Shown here piece after piece: positions 8,001 to 17,109 of a stretch of 43,636 nt of DNA; positions within the stretch are counted from its first letter, which is position 1, and the number at the start of each line of letters is the position of its first letter. The notes beneath the pieces were generated by a model. It made no database searches. It saw nothing but the letters and a program-made list of their open reading frames with translations, and was not told the DNA's origin. The position numbers and the translations under genes are program-made. Source of the stretch: Myxococcota bacterium (GTDB taxonomy: Bacteria > Myxococcota_A > UBA9160 > UBA4427); contig JAYZFK010000031.1 in the NCBI GenBank assembly GCA_036336835.1, forward strand, positions 1-43,636. Direction: 5' to 3'.

Positions 8001-9596
8001 ATGGCAATCCAGGATCGGTCCCTGAGCGGATCCAGACTCGGACGCGCGATGCTGACGGCAGGGGTCCTCCTGTACTCCGTCGGGCTCGTGTGGCTTCACC
8101 GGCTCGATGCAGAGGGCCCGCCGCACGGTGACATCGTCTTGGAACAAGGCGTTCCCGGGACGCTCTACCTTCCTCGGGGAGAGATCGGGCCTTTCGCCGT
8201 CCAGCAGCCTTCCCCGGCCCCCGAGCCGCCACCCGCCGTGCTGCTGATGCACGGCTACACCGGCGACCGAATCATCATGAGCGGGCTGGCACGCTCGCTG
8301 GCTCGCTCGGGCTACGCGGTCCTGAGCATCGATCTTCGCGGTCACGGCCAGAATCGCACGCCCCTGGCCAAGGGTTCCGGGGCTCCCGACCACTTCGTCC
8401 CCGACATTGCGGCCGCCGTCGAATTCCTGCGCGCGACGCCACACGTGGACGGGAGCCGCGTTGCCTTGATCGGCTACTCCATGGGCGCCCGTGCGGCCCT
8501 CGCCTACACCACACTCGGGGCCCGTGTCGACGCGGTGGTGCTGATCTCGGGCGGCTGGGTGCTCGCGGGGCCACACCGCCCTCCCAACGCGCTGTTCGTT
8601 CATGCGGAACGCGACCTGCCGAGCGTTCCGATCGCTGCAGAGCGAATTACCGCGCAACTCGCCGGCGTCGAATCCGCGGAGGCGGGGCGGATCTACGGCG
8701 ACTTCTCCGCGGGAACTGCGCTTCGGCGGGTCGAGATCCCCGAGACCCGGCACGGCTCGATCATTCGCTCGGGGGCTGCCTTCGCCGCGATCCTCGACTG
8801 GCTGGATCAGACCTACGGGATCTCGCGAACCGACCCGGCCGGGTACGTCGACGCGCGGCCGCTCGCCGCCGGGGTGGCCCTTGCCGGCTTCCTGCTACTG
8901 CTCGCCCCGCTCGGCGCGGGCGTGGCGCGCCTGGTGCCCTGCTTGCCCGATTCCAGCGTGCCGAGCTCCGTCCGCGACCTGCTGCCGCTGGTCGCTGCCC
9001 TGCTGGTTTCGCTTCCCGTCTTCTATGCAGTGTTTCCCGGGGTGCTGCTCGGCGCGAGCCACGGCGACCGTTCGATCAGCTATCTCGCACTCTCTGGTCT
9101 GCTTCTGTTTGCTGCCGTCGGGGTCCGCGGCTGGCAAGGGGTCGTCGCCACGGGCTCGAATCGGCTCGCAGGCGTGTGCATCGGAGCGGCTGGCGTCGTC
9201 GTCGCGTATCTCCTGTTGAATCCGATCGCGCTCGCAGTCCGGGGCGTGGGGCTGACCCCCGAACGCGCCCTGACTGCGTTGGCGACGTCAATCTTCCTGT
9301 TCCCCTTCAGCCTTTCCTTTCACGTGCTGTTGCGGCGCGGCAGCCTCCCCCGCCGGACACTCCTTGCCCTCGCGGGACGAGGGATCACGCTGGGCGCCCT
9401 GGCCCTCGGTGCTGCGATCGGTGTCTTTGCCGGCGGAGAAGGCGTCGTCGCGCTCGCACTGCTTCCCACCTATGCAATGCTCGAGATCGTCTTCGGTGCG
9501 TACTACGTGCACTCCAGGAATGTCATTCCCGCCTCGGTGCTCGAGAGCCTCTGGGTCGGTTGGATCCTCGCTGCCATCCTTCCCACGAACTGGTGA
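8001..9596 (+). CDS. Alpha/beta-fold hydrolase with multi-pass C-terminal membrane domain
   Basis: LMHGYTG, DLRGHG, GYSMG (GxSxG), ERD, H in ETRHGS. N-terminal TM anchor and about 7-8 C-terminal hydrophobic helices. Confidence 0.85.
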   Translation: MAIQDRSLSGSRLGRAMLTAGVLLYSVGLVWLHRLDAEGPPHGDIVLEQGVPGTLYLPRGEIGPFAVQQPSPAPEPPPAVLLMHGYTGDRIIMSGLARSLARSGYAVLSIDLRGHGQNRTPLAKGSGAPDHFVPDIAAAVEFLRATPHVDGSRVALIGYSMGARAALAYTTLGARVDAVVLISGGWVLAGPHRPPNALFVHAERDLPSVPIAAERITAQLAGVESAEAGRIYGDFSAGTALRRVEIPETRHGSIIRSGAAFAAILDWLDQTYGISRTDPAGYVDARPLAAGVALAGFLLLLAPLGAGVARLVPCLPDSSVPSSVRDLLPLVAALLVSLPVFYAVFPGVLLGASHGDRSISYLALSGLLLFAAVGVRGWQGVVATGSNRLAGVCIGAAGVVVAYLLLNPIALAVRGVGLTPERALTALATSIFLFPFSLSFHVLLRRGSLPRRTLLALAGRGITLGALALGAAIGVFAGGEGVVALALLPTYAMLEIVFGAYYVHSRNVIPASVLESLWVGWILAAILPTNW

Positions 9597-9632
9597 TCGC
9601 TCGGTTCTTCCAGCCGGCGGCCCTGCGACGCG

Positions 9633-10553
9633 TCAGCGCTCGCAGGGATTGTCGCGGTGAGGTCTGGCCCGCCGAATGTCGCGTCGGGTCCGGGGCAGGA
9701 TCTCGAAGCCGGCGGCCGCGAACTGTGCCACCACACCGGTCACGCAGAGATCGGCCCCCTCGGTGATCAAGCGGCGCGCAAGCCTGTCGACCGGAATCCC
9801 CGATTTGGAATCGATGAAGACCTGCCCGACGCCCGAGCCATCGTCCAGGAATACCTTGTGGCCATACGGCAAATCGTCCACGACACCCGAAACGGCGGTT
9901 CCGCGGACCGTGATCACATCGCCTTCCGTGTACGAGATGGGCATCAGACAGTCGCACCAGTTCGGCGTAACGACCTGCGCTGCCCCGATGCCGTCGGGCT
10001 CCGTGCGGAGCTCTCCGATCTGGAGTGGAGCGAATGCAACCGGGTTCTTTTTGGAGCGACGCGAGTCGGAATCGGAGTCCGGAAAGCCGAGCTCCGTGTC
10101 GTCGAGCGCCAGCGTGCCACCGAGACAGTGCGGTGTCCCGGACACCCGAACGCGCTGGCCGCGCCTCAGACCGAAGTCGGCCTGCCCGGTCATGACGAAG
10201 ATGCCACCCGTTCCGTCGGCGAGCTGAAAGCCCTTGTCTTCGTAGGAACCAGCGAACTTCCCGGATGCGGCGCTGACGTCCCCCTCGACCTCGACCGCCA
10301 TCAGCTCGTCGGCGCCGTCTCCAGGCTCGACGCTACATTGCGTCGCACACGTCGTCGGGTCCTGCGGGCCTTCTGACTTGCAGGTGATGATCTTGTTGGC
10401 CGTCGCTCGGACCTCGCTGATCGCGATCGGCGGTTCCATCGCGCCGCGGTCCTTGTCGGCGCGTGAGACCGAGGGGATCGAAACGAGTACCGAGAACAGG
10501 AGTAGACAGGGGAGCGCTGCCGCGCTCGAGAGTGCACGGGTCCAAAGCAGCAT
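9633..10553 (-). CDS. Secreted hypothetical protein with two probable OB-fold domains
   Basis: Signal peptide ending SRA. Two similar units (VEVEGDV...LADGTGGIFV...GQRVRVSG; ITVRGTAV...LDDGSGVGQVFI...VTGVVAQF...EILPR) typical of OB folds. Confidence 0.55.
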   Translation of the reverse strand: MLLWTRALSSAAALPCLLLFSVLVSIPSVSRADKDRGAMEPPIAISEVRATANKIITCKSEGPQDPTTCATQCSVEPGDGADELMAVEVEGDVSAASGKFAGSYEDKGFQLADGTGGIFVMTGQADFGLRRGQRVRVSGTPHCLGGTLALDDTELGFPDSDSDSRRSKKNPVAFAPLQIGELRTEPDGIGAAQVVTPNWCDCLMPISYTEGDVITVRGTAVSGVVDDLPYGHKVFLDDGSGVGQVFIDSKSGIPVDRLARRLITEGADLCVTGVVAQFAAAGFEILPRTRRDIRRARPHRDNPCER

Positions 10554-10665
10554 GAGAGCCTCCACAATGCCGCGCGCCGCCCCGGGTCCCTCGATCGTGC
10601 ACGCCGCAGGAAATCGGGCGCGCTTCGCGATTCCGGGAACCGGCCGTAACACGGCCGTTCCATTC

Positions 10666-10695
10666 AGGATGTTCAAAAGTCCGACTCGGTGTCAA
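10666..10695 (-). promoter_or_regulatory. Putative sigma70 promoter (TTGACA-N18-CATCCT)
   Basis: Perfect TTGACA on the minus strand at 10695-10690 and a -10-like CATCCT at 10671-10666, upstream of the 10553 gene. Confidence 0.4.
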
Positions 10696-10826
10696 GCTGC
10701 TCCTCGCAGGTGGTGGACCAGCCGAACGGCCGACGGCAGCGCCGATCCGCGCGCATGTTCGCGGAATAGCACGCCATACTGGCGGTGGATCCCGGATCGC
10801 AGAGGGATTCAACACGGGAGCAATGC

Positions 10827-11585
10827 GTGAAGCTAGTCGACCGATCCGCAATCGTAACGGGAGCCGGCGCTGGAATCGGCGAAGCCTACGCCCACGCCCT
10901 GGCGGCGCAGGGCGCGTCGGTAGTCGTCGCCGATATCGAGGCAGAGGCCGCGGAGGCTGTGGCCAAGCAGCTCGTCGCGCAGGGCGGGGCCGCGATCGCC
11001 GTTCGGGCGGATGTCACCTCGGAAACGGACGTGGAGGCACTTGCCGACGAGGCCCTGGCGGCCCACGGGCGCATCGACATCCTCGTCAACAACGCGGGCC
11101 TGGCCAGCGTAGAAGCAAGTGCGCCCTGCGCGACAATGGAACGGAGCTTGTGGCGACGGCTCCTCGACGTCAACGTGACGGGAGCCCTGAACTGCGCCGT
11201 AGCCTGCCGACCCAGCCTTGCCCAGAGTGACGCCGGCGTGATCATCAACCAGTCGTCGGTCGCCGCCTACATGGGCACCCCTTCCGCCTATGGTGTATCG
11301 AAGCTCGCCCTCAACGGTCTCACCGCCGCGCTGGCGGCCGAGTTCGCCGCCGATGGCATCCGCGTCAACGGCATCGCGCCGAGTACGATGGAATCGGCCA
11401 CGCGCCCGGCCATGCGCGCCTTCCCGGAGGAGATGCGACAGGCCTTCCTCCAGCAGCAGCTGATTCGACGCTTCGGTCGCATGGAGGAGCTCGCCGAGCT
11501 GCTGGTCTTCCTGTGCTCGGACCAGAGCCGCTTCGTCACCGGTCAGACCTGGCTCTTCGATGGCGGCCTGGTCCGCAGACCGTGA
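10827..11585 (+). CDS. SDR family NAD(P)-dependent oxidoreductase
   Basis: TGAGAGIG, LVNNAG, SS, YGVSK (YxxxK), VNGIAP, VTGQTWLFDGG. GTG start after GGGAG. Confidence 0.95.
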   Translation: MKLVDRSAIVTGAGAGIGEAYAHALAAQGASVVVADIEAEAAEAVAKQLVAQGGAAIAVRADVTSETDVEALADEALAAHGRIDILVNNAGLASVEASAPCATMERSLWRRLLDVNVTGALNCAVACRPSLAQSDAGVIINQSSVAAYMGTPSAYGVSKLALNGLTAALAAEFAADGIRVNGIAPSTMESATRPAMRAFPEEMRQAFLQQQLIRRFGRMEELAELLVFLCSDQSRFVTGQTWLFDGGLVRRP

Positions 11586-12286
11586 ACCCCGGTCCCGACG
11601 TTCGGGAACTCGTGCTCGCCAACCCCGTCTGGCACGCACTGCACGGGCCGCAACGGGCGCTCGCCGAAGAGGCCGCCGGGGGGGGCGCGCTTCGCTACCA
11701 CCCAGAAATTACGATCTTCAGCGCGGTGGATGAGCTCGACGAGGCCGGCTGGGCGGCGTTGGGCGAGCTGGTCGGTGTGGGCGGCGCGGCGATCCTGTCC
11801 CGCGACGAGGTGCCGCCCGCTCCCAAGCGATGGGCGGAGGTATTCCGCGGCTGGGGTGTACAGCTCCTGGCGGGTGAGCTCGCGGCGGGCGTCGACGTCG
11901 ATCTCGAGAAGCTCTCTTCCGACGACGTTCCCGAAATGATCGACCTGACCCGCGCGACGTCGCCGGGCCCCTTCTTGCAGCGGACCATCGAACTCGGCGG
12001 CTACCTGGGCGTGCGTCGCGGGGGTCGGCTGGTCGCGATGGCCGGCGAGCGAATGCGCGTGCCCGGGCACACGGAGATCTCGGCGGTCTGCACCCACCCG
12101 AGCATCCAGCGCCAGGGGCTCGGCACTGCCCTGACGCTCGGCGTCGCCCGCGCGATCCGCGCGCGGGGGGATGAGGCGTTCCTCCACGTCGCCGAGGAGA
12201 ACACCGGTGCGCTACGCCTCTACCGCTCGCTCGGCTTCGAGCCACGGCGACGCGTGCAGGCGGTCGCTGCCCGGTTCGACGGCTAG
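11582..12286 (+). CDS. GNAT family acetyltransferase (FR47-like)
   Basis: PGPFLQRTIELG, AMAGER, EISAVCTHP, QRQGLG, FLHV, N..ALRLYRSLGF. GTGA overlap with the SDR stop. Confidence 0.9.
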   Translation: MNPGPDVRELVLANPVWHALHGPQRALAEEAAGGGALRYHPEITIFSAVDELDEAGWAALGELVGVGGAAILSRDEVPPAPKRWAEVFRGWGVQLLAGELAAGVDVDLEKLSSDDVPEMIDLTRATSPGPFLQRTIELGGYLGVRRGGRLVAMAGERMRVPGHTEISAVCTHPSIQRQGLGTALTLGVARAIRARGDEAFLHVAEENTGALRLYRSLGFEPRRRVQAVAARFDG

Positions 12287-12363
12287 GCTCGTCCCCAGCG
12301 GCTCGCGCGCCGTCGCGCGTGGCCCGAACGTTCGGGATCGGGCGCCAACGCGGAGGACTCCAG

Positions 12364-13077
12364 ATGATCGAGCTTCATGCCATGCCCACCCCCAACTGCT
12401 GGCGGGTCTCCATCGCCCTCGAGGAGATGGAACTCCCGTACGAGTACCGGCGCGTCAACATCGCGGGCGGCGAGCAGCACGCAGAGGCGCATCGCGCGAT
12501 CGCGCCGACCGGGAAGATCCCCGCCATCATCGACCGGGCGCCTGCCGACGGCGGCGAGCCGATCAACGTGTTCGAATCCGGAGCGATCCTGCTCTACCTG
12601 GCCGAGAAGACCGGGCGGTTCGTGCCGAAGCAAATTCGCGAGCGCTTCGACGTGCTGCAGTGGCTGATGTGGGACCTCAGTGCGTTCGGGCCCTACCTGG
12701 GCATGTGTCACGCGTTCCACGGCGGCACCGGACCGAACGTCGCAGGCAAGGACGGCGCGCAGGCTGCGCGTCCGACGGGCGAAGAGGCGGCTGCCTACTT
12801 CGCCGCGAGGAGCGGCGATCTCTACGCCCTGCTCGAAGAGCGACTCGAAGGCCGCGAGTTCATCAGCGGCGACTACTCGATCCTCGACATGTCGGTCTGG
12901 CCTCACATCCCCCCCCACCGGCTGTACCAGATCGACGACCTCGCAATCTACCCGAACGTGGCCCGCTGGTACCGGACGCTCGGCGAGCGGCCGGCGGTCC
13001 AGCGAGGCTTCGGCATCGACCCGGAAGTGCTGAGCGCCCTGCCGGAAGACTTCCGGACCCGGCTCATCGACGAGTAG
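12364..13077 (+). CDS. Glutathione S-transferase, YfcG/YghU (Nu-class)-like
   Basis: PTPN motif, GKIPAIID, FESGAILLYLAEKTG, QWLMW, YSILD, RPAVQRG. GGAGGA RBS. Confidence 0.9.
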   Translation: MIELHAMPTPNCWRVSIALEEMELPYEYRRVNIAGGEQHAEAHRAIAPTGKIPAIIDRAPADGGEPINVFESGAILLYLAEKTGRFVPKQIRERFDVLQWLMWDLSAFGPYLGMCHAFHGGTGPNVAGKDGAQAARPTGEEAAAYFAARSGDLYALLEERLEGREFISGDYSILDMSVWPHIPPHRLYQIDDLAIYPNVARWYRTLGERPAVQRGFGIDPEVLSALPEDFRTRLIDE

Positions 13078-13149
13078 CCGCGCACGAGCGTACGGCGACG
13101 ATCGGCGAACACCGACATGCTCGACCGGGCCTGAAGAAGGGGCGACGCG

Positions 13150-14886
13150 CTACCTCCGCCAGGTCCGCGAGAAGAGCCTGCGGAACCACCCGCGCAGCGT
13201 GCGTCTCAGCTCCCGGGGATCGCGCCGAGCGATGCGAACCGCGTCGCAGCCCTGGTAGGGCGTGCCGTCGAAGGTACGCCAGCGCAGGCAGGCCTCCAGG
13301 TCGTCCGGAGTCAGCGCCGCGCGGCGTCGCGCGTACCACGCGAACAAGTCGACATTGCCATCGGAGTCGACATCGCGGTAGACCAGCGACCGGCGCCGGG
13401 CGATCGCTTCTCCCGGGCCGAAGCGAAGGCTCTCCGGCTTCACCGCGTAGACGTCGAAGGAGGGCGACCCCAGCACCGCAACCGGCACGACTCCCCACTC
13501 GAATGGGCTCAGGATGTTGTGCGGAGTTCCCGGCTTCACGTCGATCGCGACGTCGTTGCGCGGGAGCTCGGCCGCTCCCTGTGCATCGACGCAGCCGGGA
13601 TCCTCCGGGTGGTCGGTCAGACCGTCTGCATCGTTGTCGATGCCGTCACTGCACTCGGGCACAGCCAGAAGATCTGGATCCAGCACGAAGAGGCCGCGGT
13701 TGATGTCGCTCACCACGACCACGCCGCTGTCGAAGAAGGGGTAGACCCCCCAGGCCCCGCTGAACGCCAAGCCGTCTGCGCCGGGGAAGGTGTCGAAGAA
13801 GGCAACCTCGGTGAGCTCTGCGCGCGAGAGGTCGCCGATGCGCAGCACACGCATTCCGATTCGGTAGTTTGCCTGGAATACGTGGTTGCCGACGATGAAG
13901 ATGTTGTGGTCGATGGAGCGCTGGGCGCCGGTGTAGAAGCCCACGACGAAGGGCGCATCCAGGTCCATGACGTCCCACACGTAGGTGCGGATGTTGTGGC
14001 CGTTGATTCGCTCGTCGAACTCGTCGTCCAGCAGGAAATAACGATGGTCCTCGGTCAGCCAGCCCTGGTGGGTGTAGCGGCTGCCCAGGTAGCCGTTCCG
14101 CGAGAGGATTCGGGGAGCGTCGGTGTTCGTGACGTCCACGACGGTGACGGTGTCCTCGTTGGAGTTGAAGCAGATGTCCTGGTTGGCGTGCTCGGCGTCC
14201 GGCCCGCGGTAGACCACGCACTGGGCGTCGTGCGTGTAGCCGTCGTCGGCAAAGCAGCCGGCAAACAGCGGCTTCCGGGGCCGAGTAACGTCCACCATGT
14301 GCAGCCCCCCGCCGCAGGTGCGCGTACCCGCCGCGTAGGCGATGCCCGTCTCCTCGTTGAGCGCCAGGTTGTGGCTGTTGCCAAAGCCGGCGTAGTGGGC
14401 GGTGGGCTCGAACACGACGGGCGGCGCCACCACGGCGGACAGGGCGCTCAGGTCGAAGATCTGGAGACCGTGGTCGCCCGCCTCGCTGACGACGAAGGCG
14501 TGGTCCCGATACGTCTTGATGTCGCGCCAGCTCGACCCCACGGTCTGGGTGGGCAGCAGTCCCAGGTAAACCGGCTGCCCCGGTTCGCTGATATCGACGA
14601 AGGCCGTCCCACCGCGCAGCCCAATCAGCGCGTACTCGCGTCCGTTCTGCCGGTCCGTCCAACCCCAGATGTCGTTGGCGAGCCCCTGGCCAAAGACAGC
14701 CGTCGGCAACCATGCGAGGAGATCGACGTTCCAGCAGGGGAATCCATCAGCCACGCCAGTGTTGCACAGCGCTTGCAGCGCGATCTCGGTGCCGCCCGCT
14801 TCTCCTCCCTCGACCTCCTTGTCGTGGGCGAGCGCACCTGGGGCGGCCAACAGCAGCGTGAGAAGCACCGGAAGCAACGAATGCAC
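13150..14886 (-). CDS. Choice-of-anchor B family (LVIVD-repeat) secreted protein with extra C-terminal domain
   Basis: Signal peptide, NDIWGWTD...EYALIG, SSWRDIKTY, HGLQIFDL, YTHDAQCV, YTHQGWLTEDH, IDHN, GAWGVYPFF. Confidence 0.88.
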   Translation of the reverse strand: MHSLLPVLLTLLLAAPGALAHDKEVEGGEAGGTEIALQALCNTGVADGFPCWNVDLLAWLPTAVFGQGLANDIWGWTDRQNGREYALIGLRGGTAFVDISEPGQPVYLGLLPTQTVGSSWRDIKTYRDHAFVVSEAGDHGLQIFDLSALSAVVAPPVVFEPTAHYAGFGNSHNLALNEETGIAYAAGTRTCGGGLHMVDVTRPRKPLFAGCFADDGYTHDAQCVVYRGPDAEHANQDICFNSNEDTVTVVDVTNTDAPRILSRNGYLGSRYTHQGWLTEDHRYFLLDDEFDERINGHNIRTYVWDVMDLDAPFVVGFYTGAQRSIDHNIFIVGNHVFQANYRIGMRVLRIGDLSRAELTEVAFFDTFPGADGLAFSGAWGVYPFFDSGVVVVSDINRGLFVLDPDLLAVPECSDGIDNDADGLTDHPEDPGCVDAQGAAELPRNDVAIDVKPGTPHNILSPFEWGVVPVAVLGSPSFDVYAVKPESLRFGPGEAIARRRSLVYRDVDSDGNVDLFAWYARRRAALTPDDLEACLRWRTFDGTPYQGCDAVRIARRDPRELRRTLRGWFRRLFSRTWRR

Positions 14887-15002
14887 GAAAACTAACTTAC
14901 CATACCGATCTGAACGGCATTAATGCACGCTTTCAAGAACCGTCGCACTACTGCGCGCTGCCGTTCCCGCGGATCGTATTGCTGCTTCGCGAGTGCATCT
15001 GA

Positions 15003-15392
15003 CATGATCGGTACATTCGAGTAGAGAGAGTTGATCCCATCGACCTCGAACCCATCACACCAAAGCTCGGCAGCGAAGTCTTCGCCGTCGATCTTGCGAA
15101 CCTCACAGACACGCAGGTCGCGACGGTTCGATCGGTCTTGCTCGAACGGATGGTTCTCGTGTTTCGCGACCTGCGTCTCCTAGACGACCAGGTCAGCAAG
15201 CAACCGCGCATTCAATGCAGGGTCCATTGGGAGCCGGGCACCCTGATGCTCTGGGACAACCGCTGTGTTCAGCACCATGCGGTATGGGACTACTTCCCCG
15301 AAACGCGTCGAGGAGAGCGGGTGACCGTGCAGTGCGTTCGGGTGGGAGCACGCGACATCGCCGTACTTCGAGCCCCACGTCGAGACCTCTAG
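15003..15392 (+). pseudogene. TauD/TfdA dioxygenase relic with large in-frame internal deletion
   Basis: One frame reads IDLEPITPKLGSEVFAVDL...LLERMVLVFRD (TauD N-terminus) directly into QCRVHWEPGTLMLWDNRCVQHHAVWDYFPETRRGERVTV (TauD C-terminus). The HxD core is absent, there is a TGA at 15000-15002, and no in-frame start precedes the N-terminal patch. Confidence 0.85.
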
Positions 15393-15441
15393 CTCGCCGG
15401 CTCCGCGTCTGGTGACAGTGTCGGGATGGGTTCCGCCCGCG

Positions 15442-16479
15442 TCAGCGGGTGACGACGAGACCGACGAAGGTCGCGATCACTACGGCGCCGACGAGCGCGG
15501 CTCCGAGCACGCCGGAGCCGACGCGCGCGAGCGTCTCGCGGCGTGTCTGCAGCCCAATGGCGGCCATGGCCAGCACCATGCACACCTGGGAGCCGCCCGC
15601 CGCTGCCTCGCGCAGCGACAGCTGCGCCTGCCAGCTCCCGAGCCAGGATGCGGGCTCGAAGTGAACATTGATCTGCGGCAACAGGCTCAGGGTGCTCGCG
15701 GCCGAGAGCAGCAGGAAGCCCCACAGGAAGCCCGGCATTCCTCGGCGCAGACAACTGCCACTCGCTCCGCTGCGGTCGCGACGCAGGGCAAAGCCGAGGC
15801 CGAAGATCACGGGTGCTAGCAGGGCGATGCGCACCAGCTTGGCGCTGGTGGCAATCGCGCCCGCCTCGGGGCCGTGTGCCAGGCCGGCGGCCACGACCTG
15901 CGGGGTCTGCTGGAGTGCCAGGCCGGCCCAGAGCCCGAACTCACGTGGCGAGAGGTCGAGCCAGCCGCCGAGCAGCGGCAACGCGAGCGTCCCGAGCGTG
16001 CCGGCGACGACGACACCCGCGACGCTGGCCGCGATCTCGTCGCGCCGCGCGCCCAGCACGGGCGCGGCCGCGGCGATCGCGCTGCCCCCGCAGATGCCGT
16101 TGCCGAGCGCGAGCAACACGGCCAGCCGCGGCGCCAACCCTCCCCAACGCGCCAACGCGAAGAAGACACTGCCGGACAGGCAAATCACGCCGAGGCCCAT
16201 GCCCAGCCCCCAGAAGCCGAGCTCCGCCAGCTCTTCGAGACGCACGCGCGCACCGAGCAGCACGATGCCGAGCGGAAGCAGCACCCGCACCACGAAGTCG
16301 CAGCCCGCCTCGATCCGCCCGGCGGGAAGCAGCTGTGCCAGCCCGATGCCCAGGCACATGGCCACGACGGCCGCACCCAGCGCAACGGCGCTCTGCTGCA
16401 CGGCGAGCCAGGAGGCGACCAGCGCGATGGCTGCACACAGCGCGGCACCAGGCAGGACCGGGCGAATGGCTTGCAGCAT
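15442..16479 (-). CDS. yeiH: YeiH/UPF0324 putative sulfate/sulfite exporter family membrane protein
   Basis: PGAALCAAIA, GIVLLG, GNGICGGSAIAA, FGLWAG, QVVAAG, AKLVRIALLAP, AMAAIGL; about 10 TM helices. Confidence 0.85.
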   Translation of the reverse strand: MLQAIRPVLPGAALCAAIALVASWLAVQQSAVALGAAVVAMCLGIGLAQLLPAGRIEAGCDFVVRVLLPLGIVLLGARVRLEELAELGFWGLGMGLGVICLSGSVFFALARWGGLAPRLAVLLALGNGICGGSAIAAAAPVLGARRDEIAASVAGVVVAGTLGTLALPLLGGWLDLSPREFGLWAGLALQQTPQVVAAGLAHGPEAGAIATSAKLVRIALLAPVIFGLGFALRRDRSGASGSCLRRGMPGFLWGFLLLSAASTLSLLPQINVHFEPASWLGSWQAQLSLREAAAGGSQVCMVLAMAAIGLQTRRETLARVGSGVLGAALVGAVVIATFVGLVVTR

Positions 16480-16523
16480 GCCCCATAGAATCGGCTGCTC
16501 GAGCTGCGAATGCCATCCAAATG

Positions 16524-16552
16524 TTGCACAAAAACGTAGTTTTAGGAATAAT
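16524..16552 (+). promoter_or_regulatory. AT-rich divergent control region; putative sigma70 promoter TTGCAC-N17-AATAAT with AAAAC-GTA-GTTTT palindrome in the spacer
   Basis: Strongly AT-rich island between the divergent yeiH and lrp genes; palindrome at 16531-16543. Confidence 0.45.
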
Positions 16553-16574
16553 CTAGTCTCATCTGAGGCTAAAT

Positions 16575-17042
16575 GTGGAAGATCTTGACTCTCTCGACCT
16601 CGCCATCCTCCACGAGCTGCAGACCGACTGCGCGCGCTCGGTGCAGGAGATCGGGGAGCAGGTGGGGCTCTCGCAGAGTCCGTGCTGGCGCCGCATCCGC
16701 CGGCTCGAGCAGCTCGGCGTGCTCGGGCGCCGCGTGGCCCTCGTCGCTCCCGACAAGGTCGGGCTAGGCGTCACCGTGTTCGTCACGATCCGCACCAACC
16801 AGCACAACCAGCAGTGGCTGGACGCGTTTGCGCAGGCCATCAGCGGAATCCCGGAAGTAATGGAGTGCTACCGCATGAGCGGCGAGGTCGACTACATGCT
16901 CAAGATCCTGGCCGCGGACATCGCCGACTACGACCGCATCTACAAGAAATTGATCGACAGCGTCCAGCTCCACGACGTGAGCTCCAGCTTTGCGATGGAG
17001 CCGCTGAAGACCACCACTGCGCTGCCGCTGCCCACTGAATAA
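16575..17042 (+). CDS. Lrp/AsnC family transcriptional regulator, DecR (YbaO/CyuR)-like
   Basis: LDSLDLAIL, VGLSQSPCWRRIRRLE HTH, PEVMECYRMSGEVDY, YDRIYKKLI, VSSSFAMEPLKTTTALP; closely resembles DecR as recalled. Confidence 0.92.
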   Translation: MEDLDSLDLAILHELQTDCARSVQEIGEQVGLSQSPCWRRIRRLEQLGVLGRRVALVAPDKVGLGVTVFVTIRTNQHNQQWLDAFAQAISGIPEVMECYRMSGEVDYMLKILAADIADYDRIYKKLIDSVQLHDVSSSFAMEPLKTTTALPLPTE

Positions 17043-17061
17043 CATCCCCAGCGCGGCAACG

Positions 17062-17081
17062 ATCCCGGCGTCTTCCGGGAT
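17062..17081. terminator. Hairpin between convergent lrp and rid genes (possible terminator)
   Basis: ATCCCGG-cgtctt-CCGGGAT perfect 7-bp stem; no U-tract. Confidence 0.3.
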
Positions 17082-17109
17082 ACGCTGCTCGCCGCTCGGT
17101 TCGCCCGGC

